Of a stretch of DNA of 64,000 nucleotides, positions 40,191 through 54,352 are shown in pieces. The DNA comes from Eledone cirrhosa (taxonomy: Eukaryota): positions 215,760,001-215,824,000 of the forward strand of contig OZ024742.1 in assembly GCA_964016885.1 (NCBI GenBank), written 5' to 3'. Both the position numbers and the translations under genes were made by a program. Below the pieces are notes generated by a model. The model worked only from the letters and a program-made list of their open reading frames with translations, was not told the DNA's origin and did not search any database. How positions within the stretch are numbered: position 1 is the first letter of the stretch; the number at the start of each line of letters is the position of its first letter.

Positions 40191-40241
40191 AGTTTCAGAA
40201 GATCCCGTTAAGGGTGAAAGCAGCGATTCTTTGCTTAAACT
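40191..40241 (+). ncRNA. U4A hammerhead motif (family D)
   Basis: Identical to 292-342 across the motif, although the upstream flank has diverged noticeably. Confidence 0.6.
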
Positions 40242-40261
40242 TTAATCTGTTATTTAAATAA

Positions 40262-40336
40262 AATATTAGCTCTCGGGTCTTATACCTTTCATAAATATTC
40301 AACCTTATCGAGCCCTCTTTGGATTTTAGTCTTCAC
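40262..40336 (-). ncRNA. Degenerate hammerhead motif (family E)
   Basis: AAAAT-CCAAAGA-GGGCTCGAT...GACCC-GAGA-GCT-A-ATATTTT. The same family occurs at about 12222-12262, 43190-43240 and 43375-43425, where the core reads CCGAAGA. Confidence 0.4.
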
Positions 40337-42728
40337 GGAAGAACTATCATGAGATTCGAAAATAGTTACTGGAAACGAAAAAAACAGACCGAATAACTAG
40401 GATATTACAATGGGATCTAGCGACTCAGCACAAGTAACAGACATAGTTGGAATATATATAGCGCATAATTTACATAAGGAATTTAGTAACGTACAATGAG
40501 AAATTCATAGAGACAACATGCTCCTTTTAGCTAAAAACTTAAATAATCAAAGCATGGAAAGATTATGGAAAAACATCTCAGTCTTCTTCAATAGACTAGG
40601 CCTATTTATCACTTTCGAACTTAACTCTAAAAAAGCAAACTTCTTAGATGTAACACTTAACCTAAACACAGGACTAATAGAGCCCTTCCATAAAAATAAC
40701 TAGATTCTAGCCTACATTAGTTATAACCCAAACCACCCTCGCTCCATAATTAACTCGATAGCACATAGTATAACCCTCAGAATATCCTCCCTATCTTCTA
40801 GCCTAGAGATTTTTAAGGAACACGCAAACTACTATAACATAGCTTTACTTAAGGCAGGCCACAAGGAGGGGCTCAAATACATGCCAGATACAGACAACAA
40901 CAACAAACATAATGACATCTACTCTACCCGCACCCATAGGAATAACACATATAGAACTAAACAAGGAAATAGACAACGAACACCAGAAATAACCGAACCG
41001 AACACTAACATAGGGACCGCCAGGAACTATAGAAAATCCAGAGCTGGGAAATACCTATGGTTCAATCCAATAATCAATCCTCTATACAAACCAAACTACC
41101 TTCTACATTCTTTAAGCTAATTGACAAACACTTCCCTAAACAACACAAAAACCATAGAATCTTTAACAGAAAAACTATCAAACTCGCTTACTCTACTGCA
41201 GCCAACATAGAATCACACATACATAAAATCAACTATAGAAGAATCTCTAAGGAAAATAACCTACCAACATATAACATAGCGCCAAATACAGAACGCAAAC
41301 ACATAGCAACATCACAAAGACACACACACCATGGCGCATCGCAACTAAACATCAATAAACCTAAATCTCAGCCCATCCATACCAACATACAAAACCGCAA
41401 CGGACAACCTGCACACAGGAAGGCCTCCAACTGTAACTGTCACCTCCCGGATAAATGCCCACTACAAAATAGATGCCTGGAATCAAGTATAGTGTACCTG
41501 TGTACTATCAATTCGGGCCACTTAGCATGGAACTACATAGGTTCTACGGCTGGGGAAATAAAAAAAAGATGGTATGTACATAGACATTCTATGAAAAACC
41601 GTAGACTAGAGTACTCAATAACGCTGGCCAATAAAATCTGGCAGCTTAAGGACACCAACAAGGAATATGGGACTAGCTGGTCGAAATTATCGGGAGCAAG
41701 AGCTTACAATAATGGAATGTCCCCCTGCGGACTTTGCAATATTGAGCTGTTCCATATTTGAAAGTATGATATAATGCTGCTTAACAACAAAATAGAACGA
41801 TCAATTTTCTGTAGGCACAAAGCAGCTACCAAGTTTGCAAACTTCAAACCAACATGATTCGATCCAGCAATCTCAGAATTCAAGCAGAACCACCCAGATT
41901 TTAATGTACTAGCTACAACACCACCCCACTGTTTTTAGCTGTCAACTGACCAACTGGTCACTAAATCAACATCATAAATCTCCCAACCTTTCTGTCACTC
42001 TCTCTCTCTATAGCCACATCGCTTCCATTTAGATAAACATTAACCACCCATATATCAACACTGCCCCTTTAACTTTTTATTCTCTATCTATCTATCTACT
42101 CCTCCTCCATCATTAGCCCTACCCCTAATGTCTCATCCTCGTATTATCACTCCCACTCTCTGTCTCCTGTCCCTTATCTCCTCCCCTCTCACTTAATTTT
42201 TATTTATTATTTTTTACCTTTTATCGGTTATTTGTTATTATTTATTATTTCTAAAATTGTTTACTCTAATCCTCTGAGATTTGACCACTACGTATGTATT
42301 TAATGTTTCTTTTCATGCTATTGTTATCTCTATCGCCATCACTACTTTACACATACACTTACTCACCACTGCATCTTCAACTACCACCACCACTACTATT
42401 ATCAGCAATCGTATTCTGTACTAATTCTTTTACTTATTTTTTACATCTTTATCGTTCCTTTTTCTAACTTCTTTATTATTATCTTTTATTATCTTTTATG
42501 TTATTGTTTTGATTCTCCGATGTATCTATAAATACCAATGTCATGTGTTAAAACCTCCAGTATTCGGATTATTTGATCAGAGAGACACACTGTATTTAAG
42601 GTCGAGTGAAGCAACTTCGAGTGATTAATGGCCTTTAGACTTACCTGATCAATGAAACAATTGTTAATACTATAAATAAAACCCTTTTTGTACGCCGACC
42701 ATGTTATTCTTCACTCTTTCACTATTTA

Positions 42729-42730
<2 letters not shown>
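40337..42730 (+). mobile_element. 5'-truncated Penelope-like element (probably Naiad-type): RT C-terminal half, GIY-YIG, long 3' UTR
   Basis: DITMGSSDSAQVTDIVGIY, IHRDN (decayed YRDD), ANFLDVTLNLNTG, LWFNP, FKLIDKHFP...IFNRKTIKLAYS, CNCHLPDKCPLQNRCL...IVYLC...YIGST...CGLC...CRH. Contains stops and frameshifts. Confidence 0.92.
42559..42671 (+). ncRNA. Degenerate hammerhead with long stem II at the PLE 3' end
   Basis: AGTATT-CGGATTA-tTTGATCAG...CTGATCAAt-GAAA-CAATTGT-T-AATACT. All stems are intact, but the core has two substitutions. Confidence 0.6.
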
Positions 42731-42784
<54 letters not shown>

Positions 42785-43125
42785 ATTTCGTCGACTAGAG
42801 CTATTTTCAATGGGATCAGCATTTGTTTTAATAAAAAGGAAGCTGTTCTAATGTTTTAGAAGTCATTTCTATATTTAAAAAAAATGACTATATTCTACTG
42901 ACTTACTGAGCACCTTATATAACTGAGGATCATTTCCGACCCCTTTCCGGATACCACCTTTAAATATCTATCTATCTATATAACCCATACTTACATGTAT
43001 ATCTATATCTGTGTGTGTGTATGTATATATGTATGTGTGTATATATACATATGTGTGTGTACGTGTGCATACATACGTTTATGAGAATTAAAGTTCTAAT
43101 TTTATTTTTAATATTCGGCAAGGCC

Positions 43126-43239
43126 AGTTAAATTCCAGTTAAACAAGGATAAATATTTGCTCGACGGTTTTATATATTTTGTATATATATTATCCTTACC
43201 GAGCGCTCTTCGGATTTTAGTCTTCACATTTATAATTAT

Positions 43240-43295
<56 letters not shown>

Positions 43296-43315
43296 ATGTG
43301 TATGTGTGTGTGTGT

Positions 43316-43372
<57 letters not shown>

Positions 43373-43490
43373 GTAATAATTATAAATGTGAAGACTAAAA
43401 TCCGAAGAGGGCTCGATAAGGATAATATATATATAAAATAAATAAAACTGTAGAGCAAATATTTAGCCTTGTTAAACTGGAATTTGAACT
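43126..43490. repeat. About 120-bp inverted repeats enclosing a (TA)n(TG)n microsatellite (family E pLTR)
   Basis: 43126-43245 is reverse-complementary to 43368-43490. Confidence 0.85.
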
Positions 43491-43985
43491 GTGCACACCA
43501 GGATTATCTGATATAATAATTATCAAATAAACATTTTTCTTTGTGACGGAAAAATATTTTCTCTATTTCTCTCTGTGAAACGTCACAAATCTGTCAGTAA
43601 CATTGGAGAATGCCAGCCATTGCTGTTCAAGATTCGTTAATCGCTCATCAGTGACATTCCATTCTACAGTAATTACATGGAAATTGACAAGTGTCTCTAT
43701 AGATTTTGAGTGCTGAACACTTGGTGGATATGCTTATTTGCACACAATAAATAGAAAACAGACTGGAAATGGTCATTTGTATATAATGTAAACATGTCTT
43801 GTATTTAATAATATTGCGTTAAGCATTGAGGAATTTATATGAAAGCAGACACTATATGTATATATACGATAAACATATGGGAGCCTCGCTATCAAAGTAT
43901 AAACATAACTTATATACAGCCGACAGCTATGAATGCTTTAACCGACGAACTGGCTGTAAGTATAGCTCCAGACATACCTACCACA

Positions 43986-44119
<134 letters not shown>

Positions 44120-44233
44120 CATATCATACAGTTGTCCACACACTCTACCAACGTAATGAGTACCTATTTTAAATGTATATATAAATATATAATAAATAAA
44201 TTAGATAATTATCAAAGTGGTGTTCAAATCATT

Positions 44234-44287
44234 TAATAGCTGACAATCGTTTCTTCCAAACTCTCATTTGGAGTCATCGGAGCATTA
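44234..44287 (-). ncRNA. Hammerhead motif, U4C variant (inverted arm)
   Basis: Exact reverse complement of 46278-46331. Confidence 0.65.
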
Positions 44288-46277
44288 TCAATGTTTGTAC
44301 ATGTAATTAACTTCTTATTCAACAGAACAATAATATAGATACATATACATTGATGTTGTGAGCAACAGTTTCGTATTTACAGGGTGGAATGGATGTGACA
44401 TATATTTTACGAGAATTCTACAAAAATTCAAATTCAAATTAAAAGCACAGAGTGGAATACATGCAACAGATAATACAAGAGAATCGTCTAATAATTAAAG
44501 AGGCATTAAGAAAGGTACTTTGAGAAAGAAAGAGTACATTAGCAATACATATGCAGTCGTGTAGAAAGTGCACATGCGTTAGTCATATATATGAGAAGGA
44601 AATAAGCAAAGTTATTATGCATATATAGATAAATAAATACTGTATTTTAAGCAAATATCTAATGTATTAAAATATATGGTGGACGTAGTATGTCGATAGT
44701 GTTTGAATTTGTGTGTGTTGAGAATAAAAAAGTTATTGCAGTCTCTTCCATTACATATGTTGAATTATATTTTAGTTAATGTTTATATTGAATGTTTTAA
44801 GTTAGTTAAAGCAATGGATTGTAAATTAATCTTATTGTATTCTTATTCATGGACTATAGTTGTTCAACAGGTAGGTTTTCCAACGGTTAATTTCCGGAAG
44901 TGTGTAATGGGAGCTAATGCGTCAGGGGAGGTAACTAGCTAATTAAATTTAGTTATTCAAAATCTTTGCTCTAATACACATTATAATGTGATACAATTGA
45001 AACTCTATTACATAATGCTATACATTTATACTTGATTTTAAATACAGTGTATTTTATTATAATACATTAAAGGTCCCTTTAGATTGTTATCTATTTATTA
45101 CTGGACAAGATATATGATATGGAAAATTGTATAGCTGATTATATGTCCAAATAGATATATCATTTGTGTAATAATATACATTAATGTTTAAAAATGAATC
45201 CCTTATATAGAATGCTATTACATTCTAGATTTAATTATAAATGTATATATACTTTATTATTATTATATTGGGTTATATACATGTTATTAATTTAAGTATT
45301 TAATTATATAAATGTATATATAGTTTATTATTACATATTACATTAAATGTCTCTACATATAAAATATCCATTACTGTATATAATATAATTAAGCTATAGT
45401 AGTTATACCAAAAGGTGGTAACTTTGTTTAATGCTAACAGTTATTACAAAGTATAAGGTTAGAGATACATAGGTGTTCTGTAGAGGAAAGAGCTGATCAA
45501 TGAGTGTGTATCTGTGGGGGGCTTATATGTCCTAGATGTGAAGTGTTAATGGTGGTGGGGAATTCAAATCTGACATTGTTATATACTAACTGTTAGAGAT
45601 TCAATTGTAGCACAGTATAATGTGTATTAGAGCAAAGATTTCGAATAACTGAATTTAATTAGCTAGTTACCTCCCGTTGCGCATTAGCTCCCCTTACTCA
45701 CTTCCGGAAATTAACCGTTAGAAAACCTACCCGTTGAACAACTATAGTCCATGAATAAGAATACAATAAGACTTATTTACAATACATTGCTTTAACTAAC
45801 TTAAAACATTCAATATAAACATTAACTAACTTTTTTATTCTCAACACACACAAATTCAAACACTATCAACATACTACGTCCCAATAGATTTTAATACATT
45901 ACATATTTGCTTAAAATACAGTATTTATTTATCTATATATGCATAATAACTGTGCTTATTTCCTTCTCATATATATATATGACTAACGCATGTGCACTTT
46001 CTACACGACTGCATATGTATTGCTAATGTACTCTTTCTTTCTCAAAGCTCCTTTCTCAATGCCTCTTTAATTATTAGACTATTCTCTTGTATTATCTGTT
46101 GCATGTATTCCACTCTGTGCTGTTAATTTGAATTTAAATTTTTGTACAATTCTCGTAAAATATATGACACATCCATTCCACCCTGTAAATACGAAACTGT
46201 TGCTCACAACATCAATATATATGTATCTATATTATTGTTCAGTTGAATAGGAGGTTAATTACATGTACAAACATTGA

Positions 46278-46331
46278 TAATGCTCCGATGACTCCAAATG
46301 AGAGTTTGGAAGAAACGATTGTCAGCTATTA
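46278..46331 (+). ncRNA. Hammerhead motif, U4C variant
   Basis: TAATGCT-CCGATGA-cTCCAAAtgagagTTTGGAa-GAAA-CGatTGT-C-AGCtATTA, with a GUC site. Confidence 0.65.
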
Positions 46332-46414
46332 AATGATTTGAACACCACTTTGATAATTGTCTAATTTCTTTCTTTCTTCCTGCTCTGTAAGACAACTGAT
46401 GTTCTTGCATTGAG

Positions 46415-47018
<604 letters not shown>

Positions 47019-47047
47019 GTGGTTACACAAAAGTTAGTTCACCATAC

Positions 47048-47085
47048 CGAGAACAATTGTTTAACCATAGCGGATCCTCAGCTCG
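47048..47085 (-). ncRNA. Hammerhead motif, probably inactive (G12 to U)
   Basis: CGAG-CTGAGGA-tCCgctatGGt-TAAA-CAATTGT-T-CTCG. Confidence 0.6.
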
Positions 47086-48592
47086 TATTGGACATGGTTA
47101 TCTGGAACAGGAAGGACAACCGTACGAACGCACATGCGCAGATACGATCACTTCTCACAAGCAATAGTAAAAAATTGCGTGCGAGTGGTGTAAGGGAGAT
47201 AACTGCGAAAGTCCGAAACTTTCTAGTTGATAAGAAAATTAGGATATTGTTATAATTCAATCCAGAGCTTTGTAGTTGTGTAAGAGGTGTTTCCAGACCT
47301 GTGAACAACGTGTGAAAAATGTATTTCTTGTGTTTAGGCAATCACACACGGGAATATACCGCGACGATGGACTGAACATATCGAGCCATAAAAGTGGTCA
47401 CGACCTCGACCGGTTTAAAAAAGACTTACCTTCTACGTTAAATGATTTAGGACTTAGAATAATAGTAGCTACCAATCTCTCTAGCGTGGATTTCTAAGAC
47501 ATTAATTTAGACTTTGCCACACACACCTACAGACCTTTCCATAAGCTAAATGAAAATCTCAATTACATTCACAAGGACTCATGCCACCCTCCCACTGTTT
47601 TTAGATAATATCAGTACTAGAATCTCAAACCTCTCCTCTACTAAGGCTATCTTTGACAGAGTGGCACCCTACTATAACACGGCGTTAGCTAACAGTGGCT
47701 TCTAGCAACCTATCACTTACTCTCCCACCAAAAACAACAGCAATAAGAAAAGAAAGTCTAACAATAGACAAACTATCTGGTTCTCTCCTCCCTTCTCACT
47801 CAACGTTAAAACCAATGTAGGAAAAAATTGTCTAGCCCTCTTAGATAGACACTTTCCCATAGGTTATAAATACCGCTCCATCTTTAACAGACACAAAGTA
47901 AAACTAGGATACTCCTGCGCTAAGAACATGAAGGCCCACATTACCAACAGCCCTAAGAGCAACACCCCACCAGGGTGCTCTTGCCGTAAGCCCGAAGCTT
48001 CTCCACTTCAACAGCAAAGCAACACACCCGCTGTAGTTTATGAAACTGTGGTCACTTTCAACCGACCAAATCAACCATAGGAGGTCAAATCCTATGTGGG
48101 TGTGACAGACGGCTGATTTAAGGAACGCTTCCTGAACCACTAGTCGAACTTCAGGTACCCGGACAGACGTTCATCCATTAAACTCGCGAGCTACGTATGG
48201 TCCCCCAAGGACTCAAGTATAGACTACTCCATTCAATGGAAAGCCATCACTAAGTCCAAGCCACACGCAAGGGGCAATCCGTCGTGTGGATTATGTATTG
48301 ATAAACGAATAAATATTCTAAAGAGATTACGCAATAGTGATTGCCTTAACACGAGAAATGAATTCTTCACACGTTGTCCACACGTCTGGAAACACCTCTT
48401 ACATAACTACAGAGCTCCGGATTGAATTACAACAACATCCTAATTTTCTTATCAACTAGAAACTTTCGGACTTTCGCAGTTATCTCCTTAGACCTCTCGC
48501 ACGCAATTTAGTATTGCCTGTGTGAAGTGATCGTTTCTGCGCATGTGCGTTCGTACGGTTGTCCTTCCTGTTCCGTATAACCATGTCCATTA

Positions 48593-48630
48593 CGAGCTGA
48601 GGACCCGCTAAGGTGAAACAATTGTTCTCG
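48593..48630 (+). ncRNA. Minimal hammerhead ribozyme
   Basis: CGAG-CTGAGGA-cCCgctaaGGt-GAAA-CAATTGT-T-CTCG. Intact core and palindromic stem III ACAATTGT. Confidence 0.8.
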
Positions 48631-50067
48631 GTTTGGTGAACTAACTGTTGTGTAACCACTTCTACCTAACTCGTCCCATGGACTGAGTGCTCTACCACTA
48701 CGGATATTACCTTCCAGTGTTCTACCACTATATATATATATTTGCTGATTTAACTTAGCTAAGCTTTTCAAGGGTAGCTTTTTTGTTGATGCTATATTTG
48801 CTAATTATCTAGTAGGGATTTCAGTAAAGATATATTTTTCTAGATTTCTATACATATAGATTTCACATATATTTTTTGTTCGGTTTTATTTCGTTGGTGT
48901 TCAGTTAGAATTTTAATACGTTATGATCCAGTCACGTTTCAGTTAATACTACTACAGCTACTGAACATAATGGATTATCCAGCCTGTGAATGTTAGGCTA
49001 CGTTTCCATGAACATCAACTCTTGTAGCATGTTTTTGTAATAACCTATATGTTTCTTGATTACGTTTGTGTGTGTTAGTTGGGTAGAAGCTTCCATTAAT
49101 CCATGTGTATTGATTTTATTATCCCTTCTGTTTTCTTTAAATTTCTCATAGTTTTCCTCAACGCCTAATTTGTTGTAATATGTGTTTATCCTTTTTAATT
49201 TTATGACTGGGATAGATAGTATATTATTGATTTGGTCGTGGGTTTACATAAGGACGTGTGATCCTCATTATAATTGGGTTTTATCCTTGTTTTTATCGTT
49301 TTATCAGTTTCCTTTGTTGATTTGCAGCTTTGTACCACTTGATGCTTTGGTTCTTTCGAGTGGTACAGGGTGTGGTATTTCGATTTTCGATTGTGGGCTC
49401 ACTTATTGTAGGAGTGGGCGTTTCAGTTCAGTTCTTTGATCATTTGTAGATTTATATTTGTCGTATTGTATTGTGATGACTTTGTTGGCATTTAGTAGTT
49501 TAACTTGTAAAGCATTTAATTTTGAGTGTGTTGTTTTTGAAGTTACTGTTTTATATCCGTTTCAAAGATATTTATATTCTTCATTCTGAATCTGCAGGGA
49601 ATTGTCTTTTAAACTTTCAAAATCGATAAAATAATGTATCAGTGCATATTGCTTGTAGAATTGTTATATTATCGAATAATATTGCCTTACTGTATTTGAT
49701 TCAGCTGTTTGCGATCTTAGTGCAAATCGTATGGGTGTCTATATGGGATAGAGTTAAAGCAAAGCTTGATATAACACGCTAACTAAATTGGGATGACTTC
49801 ATTAGTGTCAACACCGTTACAAACGTTTTGATTGAGCTCCAATATAAATATACCTTCTCCATCTTATCTCTCACAGCGGACCAGAAAGGAGTTTCGAGAA
49901 CTGCTATTCTCTACCTGATTATTATTTTTTTTAAATCATCGCTCTATTTGAATATTTGTCCTCTTTGTTACCGACTTAATAAAGATACTTACGCTGAATT
50001 CTAAAGGGAATACTGACTTATAATTTTAATGAAGATTTTCGTGCGGAACAGGAAACATCCCGCCAAG

Positions 50068-50165
50068 GTTAACTTTGCCTTTCATCCTTACGGGGTCGAT
50101 AAAATAAAGTACCAGTAATGCACTGGGTAATTGCTGGCCTTGTGCCAAAAGTAGAAACAATTATT
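50068..50165 (+). mobile_element. 5'-truncated SINE
   Basis: ATCCCGCCAAGGTTAACTTTGCC...GAAACAATTAT. Confidence 0.85.
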
Positions 50166-51700
50166 AACCATATACAAAATGATATGACTATTACATTGGC
50201 ATATCTCATTCATATTTGTCCTAAATATGGGAGGAAATAATTGTAAGCATATGATTTTACTTGTGATCCTTACCTATGCCTTTGGATATCCGATTTCTTT
50301 ATTATATGTGATCATAGTTTTGCACTAGTGTATGTTTTTGTATAATTGTAAGGGTTCGGTCGTAATACTTATGCTTCCCAGCATATACTCTATGCTGTTA
50401 AGGAGGAATTAGTCGTTTACATTTTGTAGTGTTTACAATGAGAGATAATTGGAACCATGTTTCTTTTTTTTTTTACAATTCTAACAACAGCAAAAGGATA
50501 GACAATATATTTCTCACTATCAAGGTTAGATATTAAAATGTATTTAGGAGAAACGTAATGAATCTAAATGTTTTTATGTTACATATAACTATCGATATTC
50601 TGGTGTTAGTCTCATAAATGATTTTGATATCGCATTGTTTGATTGAATATTTTTGCTGTTTTCATTCATTTGAAATTGTTGATTAAACCAGAAGGCTTTA
50701 CTCTGTATGGTGGAAGTTCTTTTTTGCTTTCAGTTTCAACTTCGCCCTTTATTTTCATTGGAATCAAGGCCAATTCAAAATGAATTTCTGTAATATATCT
50801 TTGATCCATCGCCAAGATCCCAGACCTCATTCGCTCACAGATTTGGGTTTAACTAGTCAAAAAAGAGCAAGGAAACAATATTTCCATTGTTCTGTCCATT
50901 GCCGACACTATATATGGCTCACAATTTCTGGGAAAAAGAGAAAAGGGAAACAAAGTGTCTTGCTAAAGGACATAACGCATCACCTGGAAAGGGAACGAAC
51001 TCGCTACATCACGATTGCGAATCCAATTCGCTGACCCCTTCAAGGCGTTTATCAATTACCCTCAATCTAATAACTTTTACTCAGTTTCTATTTGGGACAT
51101 TTTTATCATGTTCGTTATTTCATGTGACTTGACGACAGCTTGTTTTCTACAAACTAATTGCTGTATTTTATGAATTCACATAATTTTAGACTTCCACTTC
51201 TATATATTGTTTCTAACATTTCTCATGATTTTTAGAGTCTTAATACTTTGATGATTCATTTATATATTATTATGTGTGGCGATAACATTTTCCAGGATTT
51301 TAGGGACTATATTTGTTGTGTATTTCCCTCAAGAGTGAGAAGGTCTTTCATTTTGTTTTAATTTTCTATTCTTATCTTTTTTTACTATCATTTATTTCCA
51401 CATAAAGCTTTTGAATATTTCTTATTAAAATCTTGGTAATAATCAATTGCAAAGAACCCATAGAACAGTAGCTTTGGCATATGAAGCTCAGTTTATGTGT
51501 GAATGTATCTAGAATATTGCTTGGATGCCATTTGATCCCTCAAAGGACTCCATTAGCTGGTCTTGTCGATTCATTCATTTAGATATGCTGCGTTGATTTT
51601 TTTACCAGTTCCCTTTATTCTCCAGGCAGTATCATTTGATATATTTTCTATCTTTCTTCTTGTGTGAGCCGCACATACACATACACACACATACATACAT

Positions 51701-51802
<102 letters not shown>

Positions 51803-52079
51803 ATGTGTGTGTGGTGAAGATGATGGCTGTAACTCGATTTCGGGTAATGCTGTCTTAAGCATGAGCATCAAGGACGTGGTTTTTCATTCCTGCTGGGGAT
51901 TTGCCTAAAGCCAGCAACGCCATACATCGCAATGAATCTCACATATCAAGCGATGCCTGTACTTCAAGCTTCTTTTAAGTGAGGAAAGCACCACTCCCTG
52001 AACATCGAATGAATTTATCCATTGGATGCAATGAAATCGCAGGTTTTATATCAGAGTGACCTTTTCCTAAAGAGATGTA

Positions 52080-52204
52080 ATAATTGTTTCTACTATTGGC
52101 ACAAGGCCAGCAATTACCCAGTACATTACTGGTACTTTATTTTATCGACCCCGTGAGGATGAAAGGCAAAGTTAACCTCGGCGGAATTTGAACTCAGAAT
52201 GGCA
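52080..52204 (-). mobile_element. 5'-truncated SINE
   Basis: Reverse-complement copy, with TSD ATGTAATAAT on both sides. Confidence 0.9.
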
Positions 52205-52854
52205 TGTAATAATGAAGACTATGAGTCTCTCGCTCCACAAAAAATACTTTATTAGATGGCCGTTGTCTCTCCTGAGTTCCTCAACCCTTTCACAGGTTTG
52301 CATCACCCAGGGAGTTCAAAATAACCTTTCTTCCCGAAACAAGCTTGGTGGGGTTGCCGGCTTAGTCTCCGACGACCGAACAGTTGCATATATGTATACA
52401 TGTGTATGTGTATGTGTGTGTCTCTCTGAATTCCGTATATATAAATGTAAACGGAATGTATAATAAATAAATATTTTGAAGGTTGCTTCTGCTGGAATCC
52501 GCTAGACAGCGCTGTCCGTTAGCCTTTCAAATGTTAATTTATTAAACATACCGTATATTTTAGGTACATAAAATTCATATATATGTACATATATGTCCCT
52601 ATATGTACATATAGTTACATATATGTATACAGCTATGTTGGAGCTAAATTTTAATGCTACTTTTAAGTTGTGTCAACTATTTCAGCTTCAGATAGAAATC
52701 AGGCTAATATGCCCACATATGCAGGCGAAAGTACTATATAAGCTCGCTTGTTTTCAAGTTCCAGCATCAAAGTTGTCCCTCGGAGCTTCAGCTGGAATGC
52801 GCTCGACGGCGCTGTCCGTTAGCCTTTGAATATTCATAGTTGGATTTTCAATAG

Positions 52855-52922
<68 letters not shown>

Positions 52923-53982
52923 AGTGGGGGAGAGAGATACATATATAAATATATGCATATATATAAATCTATTTAATTTTCAGATTAAGCAATAATATAT
53001 ATATATAATTACTACAACAATAAATATATATATACATACAAACGCACAGACTTATATAAATACGCGTGTGTGTATCTGTCTGTGTTTATATATTTTACAT
53101 ATATATATGAGTGTGTAGCCGCGCGTGAGTATGTGTGTTTTGATATATCATGTTGTTGGGCAATCCATTCCACTCAAAATATCTATCATTTTAGATTTTG
53201 CTGTGTGTTATTTTACATTTTGGCACAATCATTGTTTAAAAGTTTTCTTACATTTTATCTTTAGACTCGTTATTTTTCATTACACTTGTTTCTTATCTGC
53301 TTCATGGTGTTTTAGTGTATAACAATTGTAATGTGTTTATGAAAATGTGCTTATCCGTATTTTTTATTTTTATCTTCACAATCATTTATTTTGCATTATG
53401 TCTTCTCTAATGTTTACAACAATGATAGATTAATTATTACGCTACATTTTGTATGTATACAGCTTATACTTTTTAGTAACCTTTTCATTGCGGTTGCTTC
53501 GTCTCAGTACATCTATCATGAAATCGACATATTGTGATGGAGGACACATCAATAGCAACCCGACATTTTTTTTTTCTTCCAAAATATATAGTAAACTATA
53601 TTTTCACTTAATGTGTATTAAGTGAAAATTAAGTATTTGCTGCTATATCTAGCATGTGACCGATCACATAGAACGTTCTCGTTGCTTTGTGTCTATAGTA
53701 CAAAGGATCTAATGAATTCAGAGTATTCTGATTTTGATTATTCGTACCAGATCGCATATTTATATTGCTATTTGTTTCCAAGAATAGAGCGCTGTAAACA
53801 TTTATCTGTATATGTTCCTACAATTTCCCACCGCGTTTTACGAAGTATAAAATTCATTCCTAGCTTGCCTTTAAAACGACTTTTGTACGAGGCATTCCAG
53901 TTTCGATGTGTAACACTAACATTTATTTATTTTTGTCCGTCTGAGATAGCACGCAACAACACACACACTCACACACACACGC

Positions 53983-54030
<48 letters not shown>

Positions 54031-54224
54031 ACATGTATAGAACTAAGCTGTGTCTATCCATTACCAGCAACGTTAGTGATATTATTAATACATATTTAAA
54101 ATGAAATATTTTGTTTCCAGAATTTGAAAGTATGAAAAATATCTTTGAGTAGAGGAACAAAACTATGAGCCTTTATATCTTTGCTTCACCATATCATCAT
54201 CGTAGATCGCTTTCAGTCACGAAT

Positions 54225-54352
54225 GACCATCATTTTGCACCTGGACATCTTCCTCCGAGGCACAAACCTGTGCAACGTATATTTGTGGAAGACCAGAACT
54301 CACAACCTAACGATTGTGAGCTCAGTGTTCTAACAACTAAGCCAAACACCTT
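54225..54352 (-). mobile_element. Fragment of a second tRNA-headed SINE family
   Basis: Minus strand GGTGTTTGGCTTAGTTGTTAGAACACTGAGCTCACAATCGTTAGGTTGTGAGTTC: an A box plus a truncated B box. Confidence 0.5.

Larger units (their letters stand above)
44198..46420. mobile_element. Large fold-back PLE-type insertion (family C), arms about 800 bp
   Basis: 44198-45007 is reverse-complementary to 45594-46367, with an AT-rich spacer of about 590 nt. There is an HHR in each arm, and the right arm continues about 50 nt into (TA)n. Confidence 0.85.

Noticed and set aside
40497-41900. In-frame TGAs and an ATGA-N11-AA SECIS-like start (about 41854) in the Naiad-like element
   Set aside because: The TGAs fall at non-Cys positions among other stops and frameshifts, and there is no complementary 3' strand or GA quartet for a SECIS.
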